Shown: positions 40,504-51,071 of the stretch, one piece after another | How the letters are laid out: each line of letters opens with the position of its first letter | How positions within the stretch are numbered: position 1 is the stretch's first letter | NCBI GenBank assembly: GCA_965277715.1 | Contig: OZ255836.1 | Span: 3,904,001-3,968,000, forward strand | Reading direction: 5' to 3' | DNA: 64,000 bases | Origin: Gammaproteobacteria bacterium | GTDB lineage: Bacteria > Pseudomonadota > Gammaproteobacteria > JBCCGL01 | The notes under the pieces: model-generated | The model's database searches: none | The model's input: only the letters and a program-made list of their open reading frames with translations | What the model was told of the DNA's origin: nothing | Translations under genes and position numbers: made by a program

Positions 40504-41364
40504 TTAAATCGACAATGGCAAATGATGGGCCTGTTTTGCTGTTGCCTCCATCGCCATAATTGACTGGTAGTCATTGAGCGTTACCTGCCTGAAGCTGCTT
40601 ATATGCAGACGCTTGCGGTGGTGGTTGTCGAGTGTCGACAATGCCTCGTTAAATAAAGCGGTTATTTTAGTGGGGTCGATAAGCGGGTATTTATCCATAG
40701 GTAGCGCAAACGGTAATCCGGTGGTTTTCCCGGTAAATCCAATAACCCGCACGGCGTCCAGTAAAGCGGGAAAGGCATCCTCGATCAATGCCAGCGTGGC
40801 ACAGTCTATAGCGGCGACACCGGCACGCCCCTGGCCGACTGCACGTAGGCTATCGATATGCGCCCCGGAAATAAATGTGCTGGAAAAATAGTGTGTTTTT
40901 CCCTGCATCAACGGGCGCACTGCTGCGCGCAGCAGATTCATGCCGCTATTGGAGTCAGGGCCATTGATAATCACTGTCTTTCCGGCGCAGTCAGCAAGGG
41001 ATTGATCGTCACTGTCTGCAGGCACGATGATGGCGCTGCTGTAGCGTGACCCACTACAGCCCTGAACATCGAACACCGGTACACATAGAGGCTGTAGTGC
41101 ATCTGCATAAAGTGTGACTAAGGGATAGCCACAGGTCTGCCCAATCAACAGCTCGGGGGCGTTCAGAGTGGCTTTATCTGTGCCAAATTGCAGCGTGCTA
41201 TCCAGCAGAACATCACCGGGTAAATGTGTTTCCAGGCCTGCCAGCATGGCGCGGTAGAGTGCGGTCCACGCTGCGCGCAAATCATCGGTAAACGCATACA
41301 TGCCCCAACTACAAAAATACCTACAGGCTTTGGCCTGAGTGCCAGTTGGAGGCGTCTCATTCAT
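40504..41364 (-). CDS. PhnD/SsuA-like substrate-binding-fold protein without a signal peptide
   Basis: QTCGYP, NGPDSNSGMN, AAIDC. Confidence 0.75.
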   Translation of the reverse strand: MNETPPTGTQAKACRYFCSWGMYAFTDDLRAAWTALYRAMLAGLETHLPGDVLLDSTLQFGTDKATLNAPELLIGQTCGYPLVTLYADALQPLCVPVFDVQGCSGSRYSSAIIVPADSDDQSLADCAGKTVIINGPDSNSGMNLLRAAVRPLMQGKTHYFSSTFISGAHIDSLRAVGQGRAGVAAIDCATLALIEDAFPALLDAVRVIGFTGKTTGLPFALPMDKYPLIDPTKITALFNEALSTLDNHHRKRLHISSFRQVTLNDYQSIMAMEATAKQAHHLPLSI

Positions 41365-42268
41365 TGGCAAATGGGTGTATTGGTGAATCTATCGGTTTTA
41401 GCAGGTGTGCCAACAGCCAGTGGTGGTATCCACTGTAATAGTAGTGGTTATTTTTTTGCAGGGTACTGTCGCGGTTTTCGCGGTACAGTGCACCGAGCCG
41501 ATACCAGGGCGCGGTGGGGTGTTCGTGGTGGGTTACGTGGTAATTGTTGTTTAGAAACAGCAGACGAAAAAACCACCCGCATTCCACAATTACCGTGCGT
41601 TGCATTGTGCAGGCGGCTGCACGGTGCTCAAAAAACGAGCGCAACATGCTGAGGGCGTTAGCCAGGTAGGCAATGATTAAATAGTGCCACAGCGGAATCT
41701 GAAAATACACGTGAAGCCCGTACAGCAGACCCGTAATCAGTAGTAGGTGTAATGCCCATACACCAATAGCGGTCATTGACCCGGCGGTAATATCGCGCAA
41801 CAGTTTGCCAAAGAGTGCAACGGCTGAATGTGCCGGACCCAATAGTAATCGACCCAGTAGTGTCATCCTAATGGTGTGATAGTGACGCTGTAGTGCGTTA
41901 CTGTTTTTCCAGGTTGCCTGTGACACATAGTAGCTCTCCGGATCAATGCCGGGTGCGGTTAAGTTGTCTGTGGTGTGGTGCGCCATATGGGTTTGGCGGT
42001 ACACCGGGTAGGGGAATAGCAGGGTAATCGGCAGGTAGGCCAATAGGCTGTTAAACCAGGCAACGCGGGTCGGGTGGCCATGTAGCAGTTCATGTTGTAC
42101 TGAACCATGCAGAGCGCCAATCACCACCAGCAGTGCACCTGCGGGTAGTGGCCCGATTGTATGATAATACTGTAGGCAGGCCGCCCAGCAGGTATATACC
42201 GCAATAATCAACATCCAGGTAGGCCATTCAAATATCCCCTTGTTATCAAATAATGCGTTTATCCTCAT
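41357..42268 (-). CDS. Fatty-acid-desaturase-family membrane di-iron enzyme
   Basis: His boxes HELLH, HMAHH, HVTHH. Confidence 0.88.
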   Translation of the reverse strand: MRINALFDNKGIFEWPTWMLIIAVYTCWAACLQYYHTIGPLPAGALLVVIGALHGSVQHELLHGHPTRVAWFNSLLAYLPITLLFPYPVYRQTHMAHHTTDNLTAPGIDPESYYVSQATWKNSNALQRHYHTIRMTLLGRLLLGPAHSAVALFGKLLRDITAGSMTAIGVWALHLLLITGLLYGLHVYFQIPLWHYLIIAYLANALSMLRSFFEHRAAACTMQRTVIVECGWFFRLLFLNNNYHVTHHEHPTAPWYRLGALYRENRDSTLQKNNHYYYSGYHHWLLAHLLKPIDSPIHPFANE

Positions 42269-42573
42269 ACAGTACTATTGCTAATAGGTAGTCAATTTGC
42301 GTTTAAGCTTAGAAATTGCTGATTGGTGAGGCAATGTGGGAATGCACGCATTGTGCCGGATTTTATCGACAGAATAATAAGATGATTTATTTTGTAAACA
42401 TATGTGCTAATAATAAACAACGATGATTTTAGTGGACGATTTTTTGTGGGTGTCTTATGATTCTGAAAATTTAGCTGTGTTTCCCAGGTGTCACTTAATA
42501 GCTTGAATTTAAAATATTTTTCAGGTTTTTACGGAAATTATTCGCTATAACCCACTCATTAGAGGTGCCTCAG

Positions 42574-44118
42574 ATGACCCGTAGAAAAAGCCGTCGTCGT
42601 AGTGAAGCCGTCACCGTTACGGTAAAGCCTCCGTTACAACAGCTACGCAATCCATATGCCCCAATTGAAGCGCTCAGTGAGCAGGATCTGGATCTGATTC
42701 ACGATGGTTCGATGCGCATTCTTGAGGACATCGGTCTCGAAGTGCTCAACGAGCGCGCACTCGATCTCTATGAGGCGGACGGTGCCCGAGTTGACAGGGA
42801 TGCAGGCTGTGCCCCCGGCTGTGGTACAGGTCGGGTCTACCTGGATCGTGACAGGGTAATGGCACTGATTGCCATGGTGCCCACAGAATTTACCCTGCAT
42901 GCCCGCAACCCGGCGCGCAATTGCACTATTGGCGGTAACGCCATCAATTTCACCACGGTTGCCAGCGCGCCTAATAGCGCTGATCTGGACAATGGCCGCC
43001 GCACAGGCAACTTTCAGGATTATTGCGATTTTATGCGGTTGACGCAGGATTACGATGTCATCAATTTTCTCAGTGGTTATCCTGTCGAGCCTGTCGATTT
43101 GCCACCTGCCAGTCGCCATCTGGATGCCACCTTTGCGGCGTTGACACTCACCGACCGCGCCTTTAGCTGTTACTGCCTCGGTGGTGGCCGTGTTAACGAT
43201 GGCATCGAAATGACGGCGATTGCACGCGGCGTCGACCGTGAAACATTAAAATCCCAACCGAGTATTATCACCGTGGTCAACACCAATTCGCCATTGCGGG
43301 TCGATGGCCCTATGCTCGATGGTCTGATAGAAATGGCGGAAAACGGCCAGCCCACCATCGTCACACCGTTCACCCTGGCGGGGGCCATGTGCCCGATTAC
43401 GCTGGCGGGGGCACTGGCGCAACAAAATGCCGAGGCACTGGGGACGATTGCCCTGTCGCAAATCGTCAACCCAGGGGCGCCGATGGTGTTTGGCGGGTTT
43501 ACCTCAAACTGTGATATGAAAAGTGGCGCCCCGGCGTTTGGTACACCTGAATACACCCGCGCCGCCTGGGCGGGTGGTCAGCTCGCCCGGCGCTACAAGC
43601 TGCCGTATCGTTCGTCTAACACCAACGCGGCGAATACACCCGATGCGCAGGCGGCGTGGGAGTCGCAAATGTCACTGTGGGGCGCGGTAATGGGGCATGC
43701 CAATGTCGTTAAACACGGTGCCGGTTGGTTGGAAGGGGGCTTATGCGCCTCGTTTGAGAAATTTATCCTCGATATTGAAATGTTACAAATGATGGCAGAA
43801 ACACTAAAACCCATCGACGTGAGTGAACAGACAATCGCGCTGGAATCGATTCGCCAGGCGGGCCACGGCGGGCATTTTTTTGCCACCGATCACACAATGG
43901 CACACTATGATTCCGCCTTTTACACGCCCATCGTATCGGATTGGAGCAACTTCGAAACCTGGGTTGAAAATGGCAGTAAAACAGCGCTGCAACGCGCCAA
44001 TGAAATCGTTAAACAGCGCCTGAAAGCGTACCGGGAGCCACCAATGGATGCGGCGGTAAAAGTCGCATTGCAGGATTATAGGGACACGCGCCGCGCAGAG
44101 ATTGCCGCAACACAATGA
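42574..44118 (+). CDS. Trimethylamine methyltransferase (MttB) superfamily, non-pyrrolysine
   Basis: NTNSPL, PFTLAGAM, DMKSGAPAFGTPE, HGAGWLEGGL; no in-frame TAG. Confidence 0.92.
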   Translation: MTRRKSRRRSEAVTVTVKPPLQQLRNPYAPIEALSEQDLDLIHDGSMRILEDIGLEVLNERALDLYEADGARVDRDAGCAPGCGTGRVYLDRDRVMALIAMVPTEFTLHARNPARNCTIGGNAINFTTVASAPNSADLDNGRRTGNFQDYCDFMRLTQDYDVINFLSGYPVEPVDLPPASRHLDATFAALTLTDRAFSCYCLGGGRVNDGIEMTAIARGVDRETLKSQPSIITVVNTNSPLRVDGPMLDGLIEMAENGQPTIVTPFTLAGAMCPITLAGALAQQNAEALGTIALSQIVNPGAPMVFGGFTSNCDMKSGAPAFGTPEYTRAAWAGGQLARRYKLPYRSSNTNAANTPDAQAAWESQMSLWGAVMGHANVVKHGAGWLEGGLCASFEKFILDIEMLQMMAETLKPIDVSEQTIALESIRQAGHGGHFFATDHTMAHYDSAFYTPIVSDWSNFETWVENGSKTALQRANEIVKQRLKAYREPPMDAAVKVALQDYRDTRRAEIAATQ

Positions 44119-44128
44119 AACTGCCCGA

Positions 44129-44980
44129 ATGAAACTACAAGAGCGCGTCGCACTGTTTCAGGAACGCCTTAGCCAGGTCATTGCCGGGAGTGGCCTCAAT
44201 CGTGCCGCCTTCGCCAAATCGGTGGGGGTTGACCGCTCTACGCTGTCGCAACTGATGGCGGCAGAGAACATACGACTACCGCGTGCCGACACAGTGACCG
44301 CCATCGCCGAACAGTACCAGGTGAGTATCGACTGGCTACTGGGCCTCTCGCAGGCCGGGCCGCTGGGCATGGATATGGTGCCCGGCCCACTGGAACTGGA
44401 GGATTTCAAAAACTCCTCCATCCACGACACCTTTCTTGAATGGTATCGCAGCGCCAGTGGTTATAAAGTGCGCTACGTGCCGACAACGCTGCCGGATCTA
44501 TTGAAGACCGAAGCGGTGGCAGAGTATGAGTTCAACCGCTACGGATTTGGCAAGGTCGATCAGTCGGTCCGCGATAACCAACTGTTGTTACTACAGCAAC
44601 GCCATCCCGGCAGTGAGCTGGAAGTGTGCCAGTCGGTGCAGGTATTGCGCGGTTTTGCACTGGGTGAGGGTGTGTGGGTCGGGCTTTCGGTGCAGGATCG
44701 CATTCACCAGTTGCAACGGATGATTGAGCTAACCGATGAACTCTATCCGGGGTTTCGCTGGTTCCTCTACGATGGCAAGGAAACCTGGTCGGCACCGTTT
44801 ACCCTATACGGCCCATTGCGTGCGGTGTTGTTTGTTGGTCAACTGTATGTGTTGATTAACAGCATTGACCATATCAGAAAACTAACCGGGCGGTTCGACC
44901 ACTTAATTAGAATGGCGGTGGTTCAACCACATGAAATATGCGGGCAACTGGAAAGCCTGATTAAAGAAATCAGACCGTGA
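44129..44980 (+). CDS. XRE-family HTH regulator
   Basis: AAFAKSVGVDRSTLSQL...VSIDWLLGL. Confidence 0.85.
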   Translation: MKLQERVALFQERLSQVIAGSGLNRAAFAKSVGVDRSTLSQLMAAENIRLPRADTVTAIAEQYQVSIDWLLGLSQAGPLGMDMVPGPLELEDFKNSSIHDTFLEWYRSASGYKVRYVPTTLPDLLKTEAVAEYEFNRYGFGKVDQSVRDNQLLLLQQRHPGSELEVCQSVQVLRGFALGEGVWVGLSVQDRIHQLQRMIELTDELYPGFRWFLYDGKETWSAPFTLYGPLRAVLFVGQLYVLINSIDHIRKLTGRFDHLIRMAVVQPHEICGQLESLIKEIRP

Positions 44981-45066
44981 AGGTGGTTGAGAATACCCCT
45001 GGCACACCGTCAATAGACGTTAGACGGTGTACTAAATAAACGCCGAAAAATCAAAGAGCACTGATT

Positions 45067-46386
45067 ATGTCAAAACACTATGATGCAATTATCATTGGCG
45101 CGGGCATTATTGGCACTGCAACGTCTTACGCGCTGGCAAAAAAAGGCTGGCGGGTACTGACTATCGATAAACTGCCCACCTGTGGCTACGGTTCAACGGC
45201 GGGTTCCTGCGCCATTGTTCACCCCTATTACTCCACCCTCGACGGTTCGGCGATGGCCTATGAAAGCCATTTTTACTGGAAGCAATGGGCTGAATTTATC
45301 GGTGGTGACGATGTTGATGAGCGCGGTTTGGCGCGTTATATCAACTGCGGTTCACTGGTGATGAAAACTGAGCAGAACGACTACCTCCAGTACACCTGTG
45401 ATCTGATGGATCAACTGAATATCCCCTACGATGACCTGACCCCGGAGCAGGTTATCGAAAAGCTGCCGATTATGACCATGGACTCCTTTGCCCCGGTAAA
45501 GCAGCCAGACGACCCACAATTTGGCGTAGCCAATGCGACCCCGCTACAGGGCGCGGTGTTGTTTCGTGCGGCGGGTTACATCACCGACCCACAGTTGGCA
45601 ACCCACAACATCATGCGCGCCGCCGAAGCCGCTGGCTCACAGTTTCGCTACGGTGACCGCGTCAGTGAAATCCGCCGTGAAATCTGCCCGTCGGGTGAGC
45701 GCGTGTGCGGGGTGACCCTGGAGAACGGTGAACGGCTCGACACCCCCGTTGTGCTGAATGCCGCCGGTCCCCATTCGTATTTGATTAACCAACTCGCCGA
45801 TGTTGAAAAAGACCTGAAAATCAAAACCCGCGCATTGCGCCACGAAGTCGCGCACGTGCCGATGCCGGAGGGGTTTAAGGGTGAATTTGAGTGTGTCACC
45901 TCAGACAGTGACACCGGTGTCTATACAAGGCCCGAGCATGGCAATCACCTGTTAATCGGCAGTGAAGACCCCGCCACCGACAAAAAAAACTGGGTCGACC
46001 CGGATAACTTCAATCCGCATTTTAGCGAACAGTGGAATACCCTGGTATTGCGTACCTGTCAGCGTATGCCCTCGCTCGGTGTGTCCACGCAAATGCGCGG
46101 TGTTGTCGAGCTGTACGATGTCAGTGACGACTGGATTCCCATCTATGACAAATCCGATCTCCCCGGTTTTTATATGGCGATTGGCACCAGTGGTAACCAG
46201 TTCAAAAATGCACCAATCGCGGGCGAGCTGATGGCGGAGATTATCGCCGCCAGCGAAAACGGCAATGACCAGGACAGTAACCCGGTCGACTTTCATTTGA
46301 AAAACATCGATTACACATTTAACAGTGGTTTTTATTCGCGCCTGCGGGCAGTGAGCAAAGACAGCCGTTTTTCAGTATTGGGTTGA
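45067..46386 (+). CDS. FAD-dependent oxidoreductase (DAO/sarcosine oxidase beta-like)
   Basis: IIGAGIIG, YDVSDDWIP, GTSGNQFK. Confidence 0.9.
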   Translation: MSKHYDAIIIGAGIIGTATSYALAKKGWRVLTIDKLPTCGYGSTAGSCAIVHPYYSTLDGSAMAYESHFYWKQWAEFIGGDDVDERGLARYINCGSLVMKTEQNDYLQYTCDLMDQLNIPYDDLTPEQVIEKLPIMTMDSFAPVKQPDDPQFGVANATPLQGAVLFRAAGYITDPQLATHNIMRAAEAAGSQFRYGDRVSEIRREICPSGERVCGVTLENGERLDTPVVLNAAGPHSYLINQLADVEKDLKIKTRALRHEVAHVPMPEGFKGEFECVTSDSDTGVYTRPEHGNHLLIGSEDPATDKKNWVDPDNFNPHFSEQWNTLVLRTCQRMPSLGVSTQMRGVVELYDVSDDWIPIYDKSDLPGFYMAIGTSGNQFKNAPIAGELMAEIIAASENGNDQDSNPVDFHLKNIDYTFNSGFYSRLRAVSKDSRFSVLG

Positions 46387-46409
46387 ATAAATAAACTGAG
46401 AGAATATCC

Positions 46410-48830
46410 ATGAAAACACATACTCAAGTCGTCATTATTGGTGGTGGTGTAGTCGGTTGTAGCGTGCTGTACCACCTCACTAAATTTGGCTGGAAAGACG
46501 TGATGTTAATCGAGCGGTCAGAACTGACCTCCGGTTCCACCTGGCACGCGGCGGGCGGCTTTCACACCCTCAATGCCGATACCAATATGGCGGCCCTGCA
46601 AGGCTACACCATTGAGCTATACAAGGAACTTGAGGCGGCCTCTGGCCAGTCGTGTGGCCTGCACCACGTCGGTGGACTAACCCTGGCAGGCACCCCCGAG
46701 CGCTGGGACTACCTTAAATCGGCGCGTGCCATGCACCGCCATATGGGCTTGAATACCGAACTGGTCGGCCCTGAAGAAATCCGTCGGTTATCACCGATTA
46801 CCAATACCGATGGCGTGCTCGGCGCATTATACGATCCGCTAGATGGTCACCTCGACCCCTCTGGCACCACCCACGCCTATGCCAAAGCGGCTCAACAGCA
46901 AGGTGCTGAAATCGTGCTGCGCAATCGCGTACTGGAAACCAACCCACGCGCCGATGGTGGCTGGGAAGTCGTGACCGGACAGGGCACTGTTATCGCCGAG
47001 CACCTGGTCAATGCCGGTGGCTTATGGGCGCGTGAAGTGGGTGAAATGGCGGGTATTTACCTGCCACTACACCCAATGGAGCACCAATACTTAGCGACCG
47101 ACGATATTCCCGAGGTGTATCAGCACAGTAACGAGTTACCACACGTTATGGACCCTGAAGGTGAGAGCTATCTGCGCCAGGAAGGGCGTGGCCTGGTGAT
47201 CGGTTTTTACGAGCAAAACTGCGACCCGTGGGCGGTCGGTGGCACCCCGTGGACCTTTGGTCACGAATTGTTGCCAGACAAACTGGAGCGCATTGGTGAT
47301 TCCCTTGAGATCGCCTACCGGCGTTTCCCCGTGCTGGCGAGTGCCGGGGTGAAAACCATTATCAACGGGCCGTTTACCTTTGCACCCGATGGCAACCCGC
47401 TGGTGGGGCCGGTACCGGGGTTAAAAAATTACTGGTCTGCCTGTGCGGTGATGGCCGGTTTTAGTCAGGGCGGTGGTGTGGGGCTGACGCTGGCCGAGTG
47501 GATGGTCGAAGGCGAGCCATCGCGTGATGTATTCGCCATGGATGTCGCCCGTTTTGGCGATTACTGTACCCGTTCATACACACGCCTGAAAGTGCGTGAA
47601 AATTACCAGCGACGCTTCTCAGTGTCCTACCCTAATGAAGAACTGCCCGCCGCCCGCCCTTTGCACACAACACCCGCCTATGGTGTGTGGCAGCGGCAAA
47701 ACGCAGTGTTTGGTGCGGCTTACGGTATGGAGCATGTGAATTACTTTGCACCTGAAGGGGAGGCGGCGTACGAAATACCTTCCTTTCGTCGTTCCAATGC
47801 CTTTGCGACCGTGGCAGAGGAGTGCCACGCCGTGCGTACCGCTGTGGGTATTAATGAAATTCACAACTTTGGAAAATACCAAATCAGCGGTGTGGGGGCA
47901 CACGCCTGGCTGGATACAGTGATGGCGGGGAAAATCCCGCCCGTCGGCAGGTTGGCATTGAATCCCATGTTAAGCCCTAAAGGCAAACTGATCGGGGATT
48001 TTACGGTCGCGCAAGTGCGTCAAAATGTTTTCCAGGTCACCGCCTCATTTTCTGCCCAGGCGTTTCACTTGCGTTGGTTTTGGCAGCACCAGCCAGATGA
48101 TGGCAGCGTGCAGATCGAGAATATTTCACAGTCGCGCATTGGCTTTCAAATCGCTGGCCCCAATGCGCGGACATTATTGCAGCGCGTGACGCGTGCCGAT
48201 GTATCAAACCAGGCTCTGCCGTTTTTATCGGTGCGTGAAATCGATGTGGGGCAGTGCAGTGCTATCGTTCAGCGGGTGAGTTACACGGGTGATCGTGGTT
48301 ATGAACTCTACGTACCTGCCAGCCAACAGATCGCCTTATATACGCAGCTACACCAGGCCGGGCAAGACCTCGGCCTGCGACCTTTTGGTATGCGCGCCAT
48401 GATGAGTCTGCGTTTGGAAAAATCATTTGGCTCGTGGATGAACGAATACAAACCTGATTACACGGCCCTGGAAACTGGCATGGATCGGTTTGTCGATTAC
48501 CACAAGAAGGCTGATTTTATTGGTAAACAGGCGGCAGTTGATGAAAAGGCACACGGTGTAAGCCGTAAATTGTGTACATTTATTGTCGATGCCAATGATG
48601 CCGATGTTGTGGGTTATGAGCCCGTCTGGCACAACGATGAAGTGGTGGGTTTTGTGACATCGGGTGGGTATGCGCACTACACGCAGAAGAGCGTAGCGTT
48701 TGGTTTTGTGCCCGTTGAGTTGGCGGCTGACGGGTTGCAGGTGGCGATTGAAATACTCGGTGAACGCCGGTCGGCGGTGTGTTACTCGCAACCGTTATTT
48801 GATGTGGGTAGGCAGCGGGTGTTGGGGTAA
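46410..48830 (+). CDS. Dimethylglycine/sarcosine dehydrogenase-like (DAO plus GcvT)
   Basis: LTSGSTWHAAG, FAPDGNPLVG, SYTGDRGYE, SLRLEK. Confidence 0.93.
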   Translation: MKTHTQVVIIGGGVVGCSVLYHLTKFGWKDVMLIERSELTSGSTWHAAGGFHTLNADTNMAALQGYTIELYKELEAASGQSCGLHHVGGLTLAGTPERWDYLKSARAMHRHMGLNTELVGPEEIRRLSPITNTDGVLGALYDPLDGHLDPSGTTHAYAKAAQQQGAEIVLRNRVLETNPRADGGWEVVTGQGTVIAEHLVNAGGLWAREVGEMAGIYLPLHPMEHQYLATDDIPEVYQHSNELPHVMDPEGESYLRQEGRGLVIGFYEQNCDPWAVGGTPWTFGHELLPDKLERIGDSLEIAYRRFPVLASAGVKTIINGPFTFAPDGNPLVGPVPGLKNYWSACAVMAGFSQGGGVGLTLAEWMVEGEPSRDVFAMDVARFGDYCTRSYTRLKVRENYQRRFSVSYPNEELPAARPLHTTPAYGVWQRQNAVFGAAYGMEHVNYFAPEGEAAYEIPSFRRSNAFATVAEECHAVRTAVGINEIHNFGKYQISGVGAHAWLDTVMAGKIPPVGRLALNPMLSPKGKLIGDFTVAQVRQNVFQVTASFSAQAFHLRWFWQHQPDDGSVQIENISQSRIGFQIAGPNARTLLQRVTRADVSNQALPFLSVREIDVGQCSAIVQRVSYTGDRGYELYVPASQQIALYTQLHQAGQDLGLRPFGMRAMMSLRLEKSFGSWMNEYKPDYTALETGMDRFVDYHKKADFIGKQAAVDEKAHGVSRKLCTFIVDANDADVVGYEPVWHNDEVVGFVTSGGYAHYTQKSVAFGFVPVELAADGLQVAIEILGERRSAVCYSQPLFDVGRQRVLG

Positions 48831-48957
48831 AGGTAGTGAAATAATTGAGCGCGTGCAGGATGATCTGGAAATGGCTGAGTGAATTAGCATCCGTTTGTTG
48901 GTGAATTTACATTGATAAAACGATTGAATAACTATCAGGTGATTTAGGTGTGCGTGA

Positions 48958-50433
48958 TTACGCACGGTTTTTTCTTCTGTGTAAATCAAATAGATGGAGA
49001 AGCAGTGACACAATAATGATCGAAAATAATATTGCTGCAATTGGGCGTTCGATAAAATCCAATGGCGTTTCGATACGGGCGAGACTGGCACGAAATTTTT
49101 GATCCATAATGTCACCGAGTACCATCCCCAGTATCAACGGTACAAGTGGTAGGTTTAAGCGTTTCAACAAGTAACCAAAAAAACCGAAAACACCACAGAT
49201 AATGCAATCGATGGCCGAGTTTCGCAGCGAGTAGACCCCGACAAATGTGAGCGTCAATATACCCATGCCAATAAACCGGGTGGGTATTTGTAGCACCTTG
49301 GTAATGTGTCTACTGGTTATCAGTAAAAAGACCAGAATAAGTAGATTGATAAAAAACAGACAGGTGTAAAGGCTGATGAGAAAATCGGGCTTTGTATGAA
49401 ACAACGCTGGCCCTGGAATAATGCCGTGTACATAGAAAACTGACAGCATCATAGCAGTCAATGCCTCACCGGGTATTCCAAGCGCCAGTAAGGGAATCAT
49501 CGCCGCTGCAGGAACGGCGTTATTGGCCGTCTCAGAAGCGATTAGCCCCTCGCAGGAACCTCGACCGAACTGTTCAGGTTTTTTTGATAGTTTTTGAGCC
49601 AGAGAATAAGCAAAAAACTGAGCTAGAAACTCACCAACACCAGGAATAATCCCCATAATGACACCGAAAATCGCAGAGAATAGCGTCGTGATTTTATTTT
49701 TTGCAATATCGACAAACCCTGATAATCGGCTGCCACGGATTTTGAGTACTTGTGTTGGTTTATGGGGCTGCGTTAACAATATGAGTGCCTGTGATAAAGC
49801 GAATATCCCAAGTAGCACCACAATTAAATTAATCCCGGGTGAGAGCCACTGCTGATCAAATGTAAAACGTTGTGAATAGCGGATGGGTTCAAGGCCAATG
49901 GTGTTTAAAAAAATACCGAAAAATAATAACATGCCTGCTGCGAGCGATTGGCCACGATGAGAAATTATCACCAGTACAGCACCCAATAACGCAGCCATAA
50001 AAATATCTCTTGAACCAAATAGGGGCGCCACTTTGGCGATCAGAGGTGATGTAGCAATTAGGCAGATTACTGAGAAAATACCACCAAAAAACGATGCGCA
50101 GTACGCCAATGATAAGGCCTTTGATGCCTGTCCCTTTTGTGTCAACGCATAACCGTCGTAGCAGGTAAGTGCATTTACCGGCGTACCTGGCGTATTAATT
50201 AGAATAGCGGGAATGGCACCACCGTACATTGAGGCGCCATAAATACCCAGCAACAGAGTTAGCCCGACTAGTGGATCAAGGCTAAAGGTGGCGGGCAATA
50301 AAATAGCAATTGCAACCGCTGGGCCAACACCTGGAATAGCACCAATTAAAATGCCGCCAAGCGCCCCAATGAATAAAGCACAAAATACGTCAATGCGTAG
50401 AATCGAAGTAATACCAGTAATTAACAATTCCAT
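48958..50433 (-). CDS. TTT transporter large subunit (TctA family)
   Basis: YGGAIPAILINTPG, ASETANNA, LALGIPG. Confidence 0.93.
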   Translation of the reverse strand: MELLITGITSILRIDVFCALFIGALGGILIGAIPGVGPAVAIAILLPATFSLDPLVGLTLLLGIYGASMYGGAIPAILINTPGTPVNALTCYDGYALTQKGQASKALSLAYCASFFGGIFSVICLIATSPLIAKVAPLFGSRDIFMAALLGAVLVIISHRGQSLAAGMLLFFGIFLNTIGLEPIRYSQRFTFDQQWLSPGINLIVVLLGIFALSQALILLTQPHKPTQVLKIRGSRLSGFVDIAKNKITTLFSAIFGVIMGIIPGVGEFLAQFFAYSLAQKLSKKPEQFGRGSCEGLIASETANNAVPAAAMIPLLALGIPGEALTAMMLSVFYVHGIIPGPALFHTKPDFLISLYTCLFFINLLILVFLLITSRHITKVLQIPTRFIGMGILTLTFVGVYSLRNSAIDCIICGVFGFFGYLLKRLNLPLVPLILGMVLGDIMDQKFRASLARIETPLDFIERPIAAILFSIIIVSLLLHLFDLHRRKNRA

Positions 50434-50482
50434 AGAGCTTACTCCATTAATAACTATTCGCCATTAATCTATTGCTTTGCTA

Positions 50483-51049
50483 TTAGAAGTAGACCAACAT
50501 AATATTTCGCAATGCATCGGGTAAGTAGTGATAGGCAGTACCACCGGGTATTTTTGCCTGTAAAAGTGACTTAAAGAGCACGACAACGACAATCCCAAAT
50601 GCGGCAGCAGTCGCTACATCACGCCGCCGACGAAAACCGCTGCGAATAACTAAAAAGCAGCAAAACAGTATCGTTGTGGGCAGATACCCCAATCGAGGCA
50701 CAATAAAAACATAAGTGAAAAAATAGGCAATGTATTCAAGTGGTAATAGCCAGTTTTTACATGTAGACAACGGTGCATACAATCTGTGGTCGACACCTAT
50801 GGTGCGTAGCGACTTAACCAGCAGGCCGATGGAAAACAGGCTCCACCCAATAAGTGCCACAGCTGGCCAAAAACGTGGCTGGGAAAAAAAACTAACACCG
50901 TTAAACCACGTTGTTTGCCAGGGTATAAGAATCAGAAAAAAGAGCGACAGGAATACCATTAATACTGCAAAAAAAACCATTGCAAAGGGATGTGGCCTGA
51001 TGGCCACATCGCCTACATATGTGCGCGCATGGGTTGGTTTATTTTGCAT
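50483..51049 (-). CDS. TTT transporter small subunit (TctB family)
   Basis: Four TM segments, PRFWP, LGYL; position in operon. Confidence 0.85.
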   Translation of the reverse strand: MQNKPTHARTYVGDVAIRPHPFAMVFFAVLMVFLSLFFLILIPWQTTWFNGVSFFSQPRFWPAVALIGWSLFSIGLLVKSLRTIGVDHRLYAPLSTCKNWLLPLEYIAYFFTYVFIVPRLGYLPTTILFCCFLVIRSGFRRRRDVATAAAFGIVVVVLFKSLLQAKIPGGTAYHYLPDALRNIMLVYF

Positions 51050-51071
51050 AGAATAGAATCACTGTACGTGA

